64,000 bases of DNA, taken from the IMG/VR virus record IMGVR_UViG_3300037751_000591, positions 38,737-102,736 of that record, one strand, 5' to 3'. Below, in pieces: positions 27,850 to 37,937 of this stretch (positions are counted from its first letter, which is position 1; the number at the start of each line of letters is the position of its first letter). The position numbers and the translations under genes are program-made. The notes under the pieces were generated by a model that saw only the letters and a program-made list of their open reading frames with translations, did not search any database and was not told the origin of the DNA. The stretch is from a virus. Its lineage: Duplodnaviria > Caudoviricetes.

Positions 27850-28136
27850 CCATGTTCAGCTTCCGCAAGATATCGGTTGAAATCGAGGCTTGGCAGTTCC
27901 TTGACGGCGAGGTTGCGCCTCTCGAATTGCAGGATGTGCTTTGTCACTGTGAAGAGGGCGGCGACAAAGGGCGCATTCACATTCACACGCTCGAGGGAGC
28001 CATGTCTTTTAGCCATGGCGACTGGATTATCAAAGGCGTCGAGGGCGAGTTCTATCCCTGCAAGGAATCGATCTTCGCCAAAACGTACGAGCCAGTCGGC
28101 GAAGATACAGAGCGCTATTGGGGTCGGAGGCACTAG
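27846..28136 (+). CDS. Conserved phage hypothetical protein (TLEG...GDWIIKGVEGEFYPCK family)
   Basis: Recognisable widespread phage motif. Confidence 0.8.
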   Translation: MTMFSFRKISVEIEAWQFLDGEVAPLELQDVLCHCEEGGDKGRIHIHTLEGAMSFSHGDWIIKGVEGEFYPCKESIFAKTYEPVGEDTERYWGRRH

Positions 28137-28137
28137 G

Positions 28138-28890
28138 ATGAACGTCGTTATTCTGGCCGGTGGCAAGGGCACGCGGCTGCAAGAGGAAACGAAAGGCCTG
28201 ATTCCCAAGCCGATGGTAGAGGTCGGCGGATTTCCATTGATCGTTCACATTGCCACGATGTTCACCGCCTTCTATCGAGACAGCGCCCGTTTCCTCATTG
28301 CTGGCGGAGAACTGCAAGAGGTCATCGCCGACTACATGGCGGGAAGCCCCGCTGCCAGCGAGCACACAACGTTGGTCGATACTGGCGTAGAGACTCAGAC
28401 CGGCGGCCGGCTGCTGCGCTGCTACAACCACATGAAAGACAAAAGCACCTTCCTTGCTACCTATGGCGACGGTTTGGCCGACATTAACTTCAATGCCTTG
28501 CTCGACCACCATATGCGCATGCGCGAACGGAATGGTGTGCTGGTCACGCTGACTGCCGTCAGGCCGCCCAACCGCTTCGGTTCGCTCAAGGTAGACGGCG
28601 GCATCGTCACCCACTTTGCTGAGAAGGTGGGCATCGACGACGCATGGATCAACGGTGGATTCTATGTGATCGAGCCAGAGGCATTCAGGCTCGGCTACGT
28701 GGTCGGCGACGATAGCCAGTGGGAGCGGGACGTACTGCCCGTGCTCGCCAATCAGGGGCTGCTGGCGGCATTCCGGCATCCCGGCTGGTGGCATATGTGC
28801 GACACACCGCGCGATCTGGCGTATCTTCGGCAGCTTTGGGAAGACAACGAAGTGCCTTGGCTGCGCTGGTCGAAGTCGAGGAAGTCATGA
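28138..28890 (+). CDS. rfbF: Glucose-1-phosphate cytidylyltransferase
   Basis: VILAGGKGTRLQEET, PKPMVEVG, TQTGGRL, TYGDGLADI, WINGGF, CDTPRD. Confidence 0.85.
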   Translation: MNVVILAGGKGTRLQEETKGLIPKPMVEVGGFPLIVHIATMFTAFYRDSARFLIAGGELQEVIADYMAGSPAASEHTTLVDTGVETQTGGRLLRCYNHMKDKSTFLATYGDGLADINFNALLDHHMRMRERNGVLVTLTAVRPPNRFGSLKVDGGIVTHFAEKVGIDDAWINGGFYVIEPEAFRLGYVVGDDSQWERDVLPVLANQGLLAAFRHPGWWHMCDTPRDLAYLRQLWEDNEVPWLRWSKSRKS

Positions 28891-29900
28891 TGATCCCACG
28901 CAGGATTCTTGTCACTGGAGTCGAAGGCTTTGTCGGCGGATATCTGGCCGACAGGCTGAGCGCCGACGGCCATCTTGTGGAGGCGGTTGGTTTTGTGCAT
29001 CGGTCGGTCGGGGCCGTCGATAACCCTCGATACGCTGGCTACCGCGTGATCGACGTTCGCGACTATCGGGCCGTCGAACTGGCGCTCAACCTTGCTCGGC
29101 CCGATGTTGTCATTCACATGGCAGCCATCAGTCAGGTCAAGGACGCCGAGCTAGTCCCCTATCAGGCGTGCACGGTCAACACGCTCGGAACGCTCAACGT
29201 GCTCGAGGCTGCGCGCCAGATGAAATGGGACACGCCGCTGATTATCACTGCATCCAGCGACAAGGTATACGGGTTCGGGACCAGCCTGTATGAAGACATG
29301 GTGCTTAAACCGGTGCATCCCTATGACGCATCGAAGGCCGCCGGCGACCTGCTGGCGCAGTCTTACGGCAAGTTTTGGAAGCTGCCTATTGTTATCACCC
29401 GCTGCGCAAACCTGTACGGTCCGGGCGACTGTAACTGGCAGCGCCTGATCCCCGGCGTCCTGCGAGACATTATTGAGGGCCGCGATCCATACATCCGCTC
29501 GAACGGCATGCCGGTTCGGGAGTACCTCTACATTGGCGACTTTTATGACGCGGTTGTGAAGATCATCGAAAGGTATTTCGACGAGGCGGGTGAGGAACAG
29601 CCTTGGGCCCGCGGCGAGACTTACAACCTGTCCGGCCAGCGGAAGATGGTTGTCGATGTTCTGGATGACATTCGGCGCATTACGCAATTGCTGGATGTAA
29701 CAATGAACTTCACGGGCGAGTCAACGACCGAGTCGGATTTCATCGGCTTGGTCGGCGATAAGTTCGCCGAAAGGTTTGGCTGGTTCTGGACCACACCGCT
29801 CGAAGAAGGACTGGTGCCAACGGTTTCTTGGCTGGCCGACGTGCTTGAGGCCGGAAAGTGGAAACGCGAATGGATGCAGAGAACTTCGACCCCCAAGTAG
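28887..29900 (+). CDS. NDP-glucose 4,6-dehydratase (RfbG-like SDR)
   Basis: LVTGVEGFVG, SSDKVY, YDASK, NLYGPGD; adjacent to rfbF. Confidence 0.85.
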   Translation: MMIPRRILVTGVEGFVGGYLADRLSADGHLVEAVGFVHRSVGAVDNPRYAGYRVIDVRDYRAVELALNLARPDVVIHMAAISQVKDAELVPYQACTVNTLGTLNVLEAARQMKWDTPLIITASSDKVYGFGTSLYEDMVLKPVHPYDASKAAGDLLAQSYGKFWKLPIVITRCANLYGPGDCNWQRLIPGVLRDIIEGRDPYIRSNGMPVREYLYIGDFYDAVVKIIERYFDEAGEEQPWARGETYNLSGQRKMVVDVLDDIRRITQLLDVTMNFTGESTTESDFIGLVGDKFAERFGWFWTTPLEEGLVPTVSWLADVLEAGKWKREWMQRTSTPK

Positions 29901-30379
29901 CGCGGCACACCGCGATTGACGGCGTGCTGGTCTATCACCGGGCGGCCTTCCTTGACACGCGCGGCATGGTCCGCCATTTCATGAAGGCGTCTGATGCCGC
30001 ATTCGATCAGTTTGGCGAGGTCTACTTCTCGACCGTCAATCCAATGATGGTCAAGGCGTGGCACCTGCACACGGCCATGACCCTCAACTACGTGGTTGTG
30101 ATCGGGCCGGTCATGGTCGGATTGGTCGACGGGCGGCCCGACAGTCAGACCTATGGCCGCAGCGAGCGGATCATGCTCTACGATCAGGGGCCGGAGTATC
30201 AACTTCTGACCATTCCGCCGGGTGTTTGGAACGGATTCCGCTCGCCCGTCGGCTCGGACAAACATGCCATGATTGCCAACTTCGCCAGCTTGGAGCACGA
30301 CTCCGACGAGATCGAGCGCGTGCACCCCGACGATTTCAAGTTCCCCTTTCATTGGGGACCGTATTGGATGGCCGGCTGA
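29870..30379 (+). CDS. RmlC-like NDP-sugar epimerase (cupin)
   Basis: DTRG, FGEVYFS, KAWHLH, LTIPPGVWNGF. Confidence 0.88.
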   Translation: MDAENFDPQVARHTAIDGVLVYHRAAFLDTRGMVRHFMKASDAAFDQFGEVYFSTVNPMMVKAWHLHTAMTLNYVVVIGPVMVGLVDGRPDSQTYGRSERIMLYDQGPEYQLLTIPPGVWNGFRSPVGSDKHAMIANFASLEHDSDEIERVHPDDFKFPFHWGPYWMAG

Positions 30380-31065
30380 TGGACATTTTCATTCTGGCGC
30401 ACGGCGAATCGGAAAGATGGACCGATGTGTTCTCGGTAAGGATCAGGCGCGGCCGCCATGTGCCGCAGTTCAAGCAACTGCTTGAAGTCGGCGGTCGGCC
30501 GCTGCCGGTCGCTACTGCCCAAATGGTTGAATACCTGTGTGAGTATGAGGCCGGCATCAAGGTCCAGCCCGTGCTGGTCGCAAGATGGGAGATTCGCAAC
30601 CGCGTGGAGTACGCGCCGGCCGAGACTTACGTCTACGTTCCGACCATCCTGCACACGCTCAACACTTGCTTTAAGGCCACGCATCCCGACGCGACGGCGT
30701 TCCTGCTCGGCGATGTTCTCTACGACCCCGACGATCTGGTTGCTCTGCTCGGCGACCCGAGGGACCTTGTGTTTCTCGGGCGGTATGGTCCCAATCACCA
30801 CACGGGCAAACACACACCCGAGCTATTCGGCCTGATCGTGCGCCAGCCCGCGTATGCCGTCTTTTTGGAAGCGCTTGCCGGCACGATCAAGAAGTTCGAG
30901 ACTGTGGGCCGCCAAGTGAAGCTGTGGGACCTGCTTGAACGGCTGTCGGACAAAGCGATGATCGAAGCGGCTGGCTACACCGACGATGTAGACAACCTTG
31001 AAGAATATGAGCGCTACTGGCCGAAACTGTCTGAGCTTGGAGAGGCCGATTATGGCGAGCCATAA
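30379..31065 (+). CDS. Nucleotidyltransferase-like protein
   Basis: IFILAHGESERW, KQLLEVGG, LLGDV, TDDVD. Confidence 0.65.
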   Translation: MDIFILAHGESERWTDVFSVRIRRGRHVPQFKQLLEVGGRPLPVATAQMVEYLCEYEAGIKVQPVLVARWEIRNRVEYAPAETYVYVPTILHTLNTCFKATHPDATAFLLGDVLYDPDDLVALLGDPRDLVFLGRYGPNHHTGKHTPELFGLIVRQPAYAVFLEALAGTIKKFETVGRQVKLWDLLERLSDKAMIEAAGYTDDVDNLEEYERYWPKLSELGEADYGEP

Positions 31066-31864
31066 GACACCGGTTTCCATTCTGATTCCGTACTACAACC
31101 GGCCCGACCAGTTCCGTAGGTCGCTCATGCTGCTGGCGCGCCAGACGCATGAGAACTTTGAAGTGATGATCGCCGACGACGGTTCTACCGATGAGCAGTC
31201 TGCCGAGTCGGTGCTGGATGAGTTACGACCGCCGATTGCCTATCAGGTCTGGCGGCTGCGGGAGTCGGGCGCACCGCCGCGCTCGCCCAACATTGCATGG
31301 AACTACGCTCGCCTGTTGGCCTTGGGCGACTTTATCATTACCATGCACCCCGAAATCATGGTGCCGCCGGATGCCATCGAGAGCATGCTTGACGAGCATG
31401 AGCGTCCCTATCGGTCGGTTCCCTGTCAATACACCATTGGAACCGAGTACCAGCAGAACAGGATTGACCGGCTCGACTGGATTGCCGATTTGCGAGAGCT
31501 GCAGCGACTGCCGGATTTCTGGATCACGCCCGGCCCGTGGCTGTACGACAATCTGAGCGCGCCGGACTACCGCAGTCATCTGTCGTTCGCCGGCGGCTAC
31601 TCCGACGATTGGGCGTTCATCTCCAGTCAAGCCGGCGTTCCGTTTTTCCCTGACGTTGAAGACCCCGACTTCCTTTCCGACGACGCGTGGCTGCACAAAC
31701 AAGAGCTTGCGGCCGATCGGCCGTCGAGGGGTGTGGGCATCGAGGTTTATCATCAGTGGCATGAGCGCATCTATCGGGATGACAGGCCACACTATTCGCC
31801 GCGTATTCGCCGCACGATGGACGCGGACCGCGACGCCGCCGCCGATTGGAAGCCGTCGTCATGA
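31052..31864 (+). CDS. Glycosyltransferase family 2
   Basis: SILIPYYNR, ADDGSTD, YHQWH. Confidence 0.85.
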   Translation: MASHKTPVSILIPYYNRPDQFRRSLMLLARQTHENFEVMIADDGSTDEQSAESVLDELRPPIAYQVWRLRESGAPPRSPNIAWNYARLLALGDFIITMHPEIMVPPDAIESMLDEHERPYRSVPCQYTIGTEYQQNRIDRLDWIADLRELQRLPDFWITPGPWLYDNLSAPDYRSHLSFAGGYSDDWAFISSQAGVPFFPDVEDPDFLSDDAWLHKQELAADRPSRGVGIEVYHQWHERIYRDDRPHYSPRIRRTMDADRDAAADWKPSS

Positions 31865-33186
31865 GCCACAGCCAAGAATCGCATGAGCCAATGCGGATTG
31901 CTGATCTGGCGGCGGAGTGGGTCGAGAGCGCCAAGGCCAAAGCCCCGCCGTTCGTCGCCGGAGAAACTTACATTCCGCCGGCCAAGCTCGTCGCTGGCGG
32001 CGCAGAGATTTCCAATCTTGTTTATGCTGCGCTCGAAGGATGGTGGACCGAGGGGCATTGGACCGACGAGTTCGAGCAGGCATTCGCCAAGTACCTCGGA
32101 GTCCGCTGCGCCAGCATGGTCAATTCGGGGTCAAGCGCCAACCTGCTCGCCATCGGCATGCTGCGATCCCGAATGATCGAGCGCATGTTTGATATGGATG
32201 GTCGGACCGAGATTATCACTGCCGCCACCGGATTTCCAACCACGCTCAACCCGATCTTGCAGTTCAGCTTTACGCCGGTTCTTGTCGACGTCAGGTCCGA
32301 TACGTTGGTGCCCGATTGGGCGGCGCTGCGAGAGGCCATCACCGAGCGCACCGCCGCGATCATCGTGGCGCACACGCTCGGCAACCCCGTGGACTTGGGG
32401 CCGATTGTCGAGCACTGCGACCGGCTCGGCATTGCCATCATCGAAGACAACTGCGACGCGCTCGGCTCCAAGATCAAGGGCCGGCTGACGGGCACCATCG
32501 GCACGGCGGCGACTCATTCGTTCTATCCAGCCCATCACATTTCGACCGGCGAGGGCGGCATGGTCGTGACGCGGCACCCGCTGGTCAAACGTATCGTGGA
32601 GTCGCTCAGGGATTGGGGCCGAGACTGCTGGTGTGCGCCGGGGAAAGAGAACACGTGCGGCAAGCGGTTCGAGTGGGACTTTGCCGGCCTGCCCGAAGGC
32701 TACGATCACAAGTATGTGTACTCGAACATCGGCTTCAATCTTAAGTCGACTGACCTGCAGGCGGCGATTGGCGTGGCGCAGTTGAAGAGGGCCGACACCT
32801 TTCGCCTTGTGCGAGTCGCCAACTTCAATCGACTGTATGGCGGCCTGCGCGATCTGGCCGAGTTTTTCTTGCTGCCCAAGGCAACCGATAAATCGGAGCC
32901 AAGCTGGTTCGGATTTCCATTACGGGTGCGCGAGAGTGCGCCATTTGGCCGGCGGGAACTGATCGAGTTCTTGACCGAGCGCAAGATTGGCACACGCGCG
33001 ATCTTCGCCGGCAATCTGGCAAGGCAGCCGGCATACAACCACGTGGTTTTCAAGGTGCCCCGACCTCTCAGGGTGTCGGATGCCATTGCCGAAGACGGCT
33101 TCTGGATCGGGGTTCATCCGGGGCTGACTGTTTCGATGGTCGATTATGTCATTGAGACTTTTCACGACTTCGCCCGACGGCGCTAG
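31861..33186 (+). CDS. rfbH: CDP-4-keto-6-deoxyglucose 3-dehydrase (E1; RfbH/DdhC/AscC)
   Basis: NSGSSANL, EDNCDALGS, SFYPAHHISTGEGG (His at the usual Lys position), RDWGRDCWCAPGKENTC, GYDHKY. Confidence 0.92.
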   Translation: MSHSQESHEPMRIADLAAEWVESAKAKAPPFVAGETYIPPAKLVAGGAEISNLVYAALEGWWTEGHWTDEFEQAFAKYLGVRCASMVNSGSSANLLAIGMLRSRMIERMFDMDGRTEIITAATGFPTTLNPILQFSFTPVLVDVRSDTLVPDWAALREAITERTAAIIVAHTLGNPVDLGPIVEHCDRLGIAIIEDNCDALGSKIKGRLTGTIGTAATHSFYPAHHISTGEGGMVVTRHPLVKRIVESLRDWGRDCWCAPGKENTCGKRFEWDFAGLPEGYDHKYVYSNIGFNLKSTDLQAAIGVAQLKRADTFRLVRVANFNRLYGGLRDLAEFFLLPKATDKSEPSWFGFPLRVRESAPFGRRELIEFLTERKIGTRAIFAGNLARQPAYNHVVFKVPRPLRVSDAIAEDGFWIGVHPGLTVSMVDYVIETFHDFARRR

Positions 33187-33296
33187 ATTGGCGTCTGGAC
33201 GGCCTAATCAGCCCTAATTGCGCCGGCAGCAGCGATTCGCAGGGTTTTCCAACCACAGGCCCCGGATCGTGCGAAAGCCGGAAAACGGGAGAGACC

Positions 33297-34382
33297 ATGA
33301 AGATTGACCTGCTGTGCAACGATGGATCGCCAATCGGCGTCACGCCATCCATGATTTGGGGTCGGGGCGTTGGTGGTGCCGAGCTGGCCATGATGACGCT
33401 GATGGAAGTGCTGGCCGGTCGAGGGCACGAAGTTGCGGTCTACAACGATCCCGTCACGCCGGGCGACTACAAGGGAGTCACATATGCCCCGCTTAACGAT
33501 TTCGGGCTGCGGCGGCCTCGGGATGTTTTGATCGTGTTCCGGTCGCCGAACCTGCGCTACAACCCGCGCTATCGGTCGGACTTCAAGGCGTTCTGGTGGA
33601 CAACCGATCAGGTGACGATAGGTGATTTTCGCGCGCTCGGAGCCTCGGTCGATTATGTCGTCACCATCAGTCCCTATCACACCGAGTATCACAAGCGGGT
33701 CTATCAGATTCCGGCGGACAAGATCGGCCACATTGATTTGGGCGTTCGCATCGAAGACTACATGGATGCGCTCGGTCTCGAAAGAGTGGACCACGGCCAA
33801 GAGGATATCGAGAAGGTCCGCAACCGCATGATCTATTGCTCGATCCCCGACCGCGGCCTATCGGTTCTGTTGAAGTGCTGGCCGAAGATCAAGGAAATCG
33901 TCGAAGACGCCTCACTGGTTATCACCAGCGACTATACCCTTTGGGGTGCGCCGGGGGCTGGCAACAGCAAGTTCAGGCTCGATTGGGCGAGGCAGCCAGA
34001 CGTTCACTTCCTCGGCGCGATCCCGCGCAAGGAACTCATCAAGCAGCAGCTTTCCGCCGAGGTTCAGGCGTACCCATGCACCTACGAAGAACTCTTTTGC
34101 ATCAGCGCCGCCGAGTGTCAGGTCGCCGGGGCGGTGCCGGTCACGTCGGCTGCAGGTGCGCTTGAAACGACCAACGAGTTCGGGTTGATTGTGCCGGGCA
34201 ACCCCGCAACCGATGGTTTCGCCGGCCAATTCGCCGAGCGCATCGCCACGCTGTTGACAGCCGAGCGCAGTTTCTTGGAACAGCAGCGACGCATGATGCA
34301 GGCTGGTGCGATTGCCCGGTTCGATTGGTCTGCCATCGCCGAACGTTGGGAGCAGCTATTCGAGGAAGGTCGACTCAAATGA
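33297..34382 (+). CDS. GT4-like glycosyltransferase
   Basis: GVGGAE, YCSIPDRGL, ELFCISAAE, FDWSAIAERW. Confidence 0.88.
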   Translation: MKIDLLCNDGSPIGVTPSMIWGRGVGGAELAMMTLMEVLAGRGHEVAVYNDPVTPGDYKGVTYAPLNDFGLRRPRDVLIVFRSPNLRYNPRYRSDFKAFWWTTDQVTIGDFRALGASVDYVVTISPYHTEYHKRVYQIPADKIGHIDLGVRIEDYMDALGLERVDHGQEDIEKVRNRMIYCSIPDRGLSVLLKCWPKIKEIVEDASLVITSDYTLWGAPGAGNSKFRLDWARQPDVHFLGAIPRKELIKQQLSAEVQAYPCTYEELFCISAAECQVAGAVPVTSAAGALETTNEFGLIVPGNPATDGFAGQFAERIATLLTAERSFLEQQRRMMQAGAIARFDWSAIAERWEQLFEEGRLK

Positions 34383-35653
34383 TCCTTTTTATCAGCGACC
34401 TTGACCTGAAAGGGTCAGGGTACATGAATATCGCCATCGCGCTTTGTAAAGAACTGGCCGACAGGGGCCATGATGTCTACGTGCTCGGCATCGGCTACAA
34501 GGGTGATGAGCATAATTTTCCATTCAGGATCAACCCGGTCAAAACGGGGCAGGCGTTTCAGCAGATTCACGCGATGATGAGCAATCTTCGCAACCTGTCC
34601 GAGGCCGGCCAGTTCCCGAAAATTGAGGGCGTGATCGTGGCGCTCGACATCCCTCTGCAGGAGAAGGTGCTGCAATTCCCGCGCGGCGACATCCCTTACA
34701 TGGGCATCTTTCCCATCGAGTCCGGTCCCCTGTGCCCGACGTGGGCGAACATTGTCGCGCGCATGGATGAACGGCTTGTCATCAGCCAGTTCGGGCACAA
34801 GCAGATCGCCGATGCTGGCCTCCAATCGACTTACATCCCTATCGGGATTGACACGGAGGCATGGCGATTGCCGAAGCCCAACGAGCGCAAACAACTTCGC
34901 GAGGCGCTCGGCTACACCGAAGATGACTTTGTGGTGCTGACTGTGGCCGACAATCAAGAGCGCAAGAACCTGTCACACGCCGCGCAAATGATTGCCGGCG
35001 TCAAGGACCGAATACCGGTCAAGTGGCAGTTGGTCACGCGCATCGACTCTAAGGTAGGCTGGAGTTTAGGCGACCCCCCCTTCGATCTTGGCAGCCTGCT
35101 CACAACCTACGAGCGGGGCTTGACCTTCGACCGGCTCTGGACGCTCTACGCCGTGTCCGACGCGTTCCTGCTCACAAGCAAGGCCGAGGGACTTTGCATG
35201 CCGATCATCGAAGCAATGGCAGTCGGTGTTCCCGTGGCGGCCACGAACTGCACGGCGGTCACGGAGCATCTTGTCATTGAGCAAGGTCGCTTCCGTCCCA
35301 AGTTGCGTGGATTTCCATTGGAGGTCGAGTACGAGACCATCGATGCTTGGGGCAACAGCTTGCGGCATTTCGTGTCTGTTGAGTCCGGCATCAAGCGGCT
35401 GATCGAGATTCACAAGCTGCGGCAGAGCGGGCGGATCAAGGAAACCATCGATGCCGGCGTTGCCTACGCCAAGTCTCGGTTGTGGTCGGACGCTGGCGAT
35501 GTGCTTGAGTCTGGCGTGCGCCGGCTGTTGGCAAAGTCTCGGGCGAAGGAATTTGCAATGCGCGACCCTCGTGACCCGATGGTGTCCGGCATTCCGCCGA
35601 CGCTGCCGCAGCGCATCCCGACGATTGGAGAGGGTGACGATGGCGAAGTCTAA
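34379..35653 (+). CDS. GT4 glycosyltransferase
   Basis: NQERKN, SKAEGLCMPIIEAMAVGVP. Confidence 0.9.
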   Translation: MILFISDLDLKGSGYMNIAIALCKELADRGHDVYVLGIGYKGDEHNFPFRINPVKTGQAFQQIHAMMSNLRNLSEAGQFPKIEGVIVALDIPLQEKVLQFPRGDIPYMGIFPIESGPLCPTWANIVARMDERLVISQFGHKQIADAGLQSTYIPIGIDTEAWRLPKPNERKQLREALGYTEDDFVVLTVADNQERKNLSHAAQMIAGVKDRIPVKWQLVTRIDSKVGWSLGDPPFDLGSLLTTYERGLTFDRLWTLYAVSDAFLLTSKAEGLCMPIIEAMAVGVPVAATNCTAVTEHLVIEQGRFRPKLRGFPLEVEYETIDAWGNSLRHFVSVESGIKRLIEIHKLRQSGRIKETIDAGVAYAKSRLWSDAGDVLESGVRRLLAKSRAKEFAMRDPRDPMVSGIPPTLPQRIPTIGEGDDGEV

Positions 35654-36488
35654 ACGGGGTTTTACCCTGCTCGATATCTGTGTGCCCATCTATGGCGAGT
35701 GGGCGCTGGCCGAGGAAACCTTGAAGGCCATTCCCGCTGCCTGTGAAGGGATGAACGACAGCTATCAGGTAATCGTGCTGGACAACGGAACGCCCGAGTG
35801 GAAAGACGAGGCGGGCAACGCCGTCGACCCGCGGGATCAGGCCAAGGCCGTCAAGGAACTGCTGCGCTCACAGGACAAGTTCTACCGGATTGACGAGAAC
35901 CTCGGATATCCGGGCGGCGTAAATACAGTTGTCGGCAAGGGGCATTCGCCGCTGGTCCTTGTGTTGACTGCCGATGTCGTCATGCAGCCCGGCTCGATTG
36001 CGCGGCTGGTCAAAGCGATGGATGAGGCCGATGTCGGCGTTGCCGGCCCAAAGCTGGTGTTCCCTGACGGCAGCCCGCATGGGCCGCCAGAGACCATTCA
36101 GCATGCCGGCATGTCCTTTGACATTCAGGGCGACGCCTTCCACATTTTCATTGGTTGGAACAAGGACCATCCGAAGGCCAACATCGAGACCTACGTCGGC
36201 GCGGTGACAGGCGCATGTTTCATCACACGCCGGTCGCTGTGGCAGCGGATTGGCGGCATGAACACGATCTATGGCACCGGCACCTACGAGGATGTCGAAT
36301 ACTGCTTCACGGTTCGACAGCTAGGTAAGCACGTGCTTTATGTGCCGACGGCTTGGGGCTATCACTTCGTTGGCGGTTCCATCAGACAGGGCGCAGGGCC
36401 GCGAGGCTTCAACCTGAGCATGAACCGGATGATGTTCCGGGGCCGTTGGGCAGGCATGCTTTCGTGGGATGAGTGGCAGCGCTGGTAG
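35640..36488 (+). CDS. Glycosyltransferase family 2
   Basis: LDNGT, NLGYPGGVN, IQHAG, AVTGAC, YEDVEYC. Confidence 0.9.
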   Translation: MAKSKRGFTLLDICVPIYGEWALAEETLKAIPAACEGMNDSYQVIVLDNGTPEWKDEAGNAVDPRDQAKAVKELLRSQDKFYRIDENLGYPGGVNTVVGKGHSPLVLVLTADVVMQPGSIARLVKAMDEADVGVAGPKLVFPDGSPHGPPETIQHAGMSFDIQGDAFHIFIGWNKDHPKANIETYVGAVTGACFITRRSLWQRIGGMNTIYGTGTYEDVEYCFTVRQLGKHVLYVPTAWGYHFVGGSIRQGAGPRGFNLSMNRMMFRGRWAGMLSWDEWQRW

Positions 36489-36541
36489 CCTTCCCTATGG
36501 TGCATTCGCACTTTCACGCTTCCCCCCCGCAGGCATAAGAT
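36489..36541 (+). promoter_or_regulatory. Candidate activator-dependent late promoter (copy 2)
   Basis: CCTTCCCTATGGTGCATTCGCACTTTCACG, then 17 nt, then TAAGAT; same geometry as the copy at 14639. Confidence 0.65.
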
Positions 36542-36553
36542 GAGAGGAATCAA

Positions 36554-36862
36554 ATGACCGAACAACAGGATCAGCCGAGCGCTGAGCAAGAACAGCGCGA
36601 GTTAAGCAAGGATTACCGACCTGCCGAACAGGACTCGGCTTTGATGGTGCGATTCATTGGAAACACGGCGCGCATCGCCGATGCGACCTTCCGCCAGATT
36701 GACCCGTTTCAGTTGAAGGCGGCTGCTTGGTGGTTGGAGCGCCATGCTGAGCGCACACTGGCGGCAGCCGAGATCAAGGAAGCGCAGGCCCGCGAGCAGA
36801 TACTTCGCCCGACTGATATGGGCCAGATTGTAGAGCCGCGGCCAATGAGTCCGAAAGGCTAG
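36554..36862 (+). CDS. Hypothetical protein
   Basis: GAGG RBS; first gene after the repeated promoter. Confidence 0.6.
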   Translation: MTEQQDQPSAEQEQRELSKDYRPAEQDSALMVRFIGNTARIADATFRQIDPFQLKAAAWWLERHAERTLAAAEIKEAQAREQILRPTDMGQIVEPRPMSPKG

Positions 36863-36864
36863 GA

Positions 36865-37548
36865 ATGACCGTCGATTATTACCACCTGTCACCTGTCATT
36901 CTGAGCGACGACCTGTTCTTCCTCTATCGGCCAGATTGCATGGTGACGGGCACTGCCGTCCTTCGCAATGCTGCTTACATTTCGGCAGAGCAGAAGATGA
37001 TCCAGTCCTTGGGCACATTCCTGTCGCCCACGACAGTGACCGGTTCCTACGTGCCGACGGGCAATCCGCTGGTCTTAGAGTACGACCGCATTATTTCCAT
37101 TAACGGCGTGACCTATCAGGACTTGGAAGGCGATTGCACGTGTGTGCTTGATCCCGAGGCCGGCTGCGGGTTAATCCGCGGCGGCTATGGCTACATCGAC
37201 GTAATCCGCACGTCGGCGTTGGCCGGTCGCTGCGGCTGCCATGGCAGTTTCGGGGCCTACCGCGTGGACGTGTCGTTTACCGCCGGCATCCCGACCGGTA
37301 CGGCGGCCAACGATGCCAACTTGCACATTGCGCTGGCGATGGCGGCGGAGTTGGAGTTAAAGGAAATCCTTGACCCCGGCGCGCTCGAAGGCGGGGCTGG
37401 CGATCCGGGCGTGCAATCGTTCTCGACCGAAGGCTACTCGGAAACGCGGGTGAAGCTGCGCAACACGCCCTTCGGTTCGTCGGCGCTTGCCAACCACATT
37501 CAGAATCGTGTGAGTCATCTGCGTCGCAAGCGAGCGCTCAGGTTCTGA
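36865..37548 (+). CDS. Putative head-tail adaptor
   Basis: Position and size; VDVSFTAG and VQSFSTEGYSET motifs. Confidence 0.65.
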   Translation: MTVDYYHLSPVILSDDLFFLYRPDCMVTGTAVLRNAAYISAEQKMIQSLGTFLSPTTVTGSYVPTGNPLVLEYDRIISINGVTYQDLEGDCTCVLDPEAGCGLIRGGYGYIDVIRTSALAGRCGCHGSFGAYRVDVSFTAGIPTGTAANDANLHIALAMAAELELKEILDPGALEGGAGDPGVQSFSTEGYSETRVKLRNTPFGSSALANHIQNRVSHLRRKRALRF

Positions 37549-37937
37549 TGGTAGCGGGATTGAATGTCCACGCGCGTATCTGGCGATTTACCACGAATGC
37601 AGACGATGCGGTTGGCGGCGCACTTCTTACAGGATCGGTCGCCTACGAATGCCTGCACTCTCGATTCAACATGGATCGACCGGCACGCATTCTTCGGCAG
37701 CAGGGCATCGAAGTTGACCAGCAGGGCACAGCATTGGTTCGTTACACGCGGGGCCTTGTCATACTTGAGGGCGACGAATACGAGATTGTCGGCCCGACCT
37801 ATCACCCGCAGTACAGCGAGCGATGGGTCGTCAAGGGGGTCGAGTATCCCAACGTTCATCCCGCCGACCGGCGGGGGCTGGTACATCTATCACTTGACCG
37901 AGTTGAGCGCGCCCGGACTGCAAAGGTGCAGCAGTAA
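37548..37937 (+). CDS. Putative head-closure (stopper) protein
   Basis: Position after the adaptor; 129 aa; DDAVGG motif. Confidence 0.6.
   Translation: MVAGLNVHARIWRFTTNADDAVGGALLTGSVAYECLHSRFNMDRPARILRQQGIEVDQQGTALVRYTRGLVILEGDEYEIVGPTYHPQYSERWVVKGVEYPNVHPADRRGLVHLSLDRVERARTAKVQQ

Noticed and set aside
21823-36488. Host O-antigen or capsule locus interrupting the phage
   Set aside because: Genes are translationally coupled to phage genes, include a typical phage hypothetical gene, and lack recognisable wzx, wzy or priming transferase. Not fully excluded.
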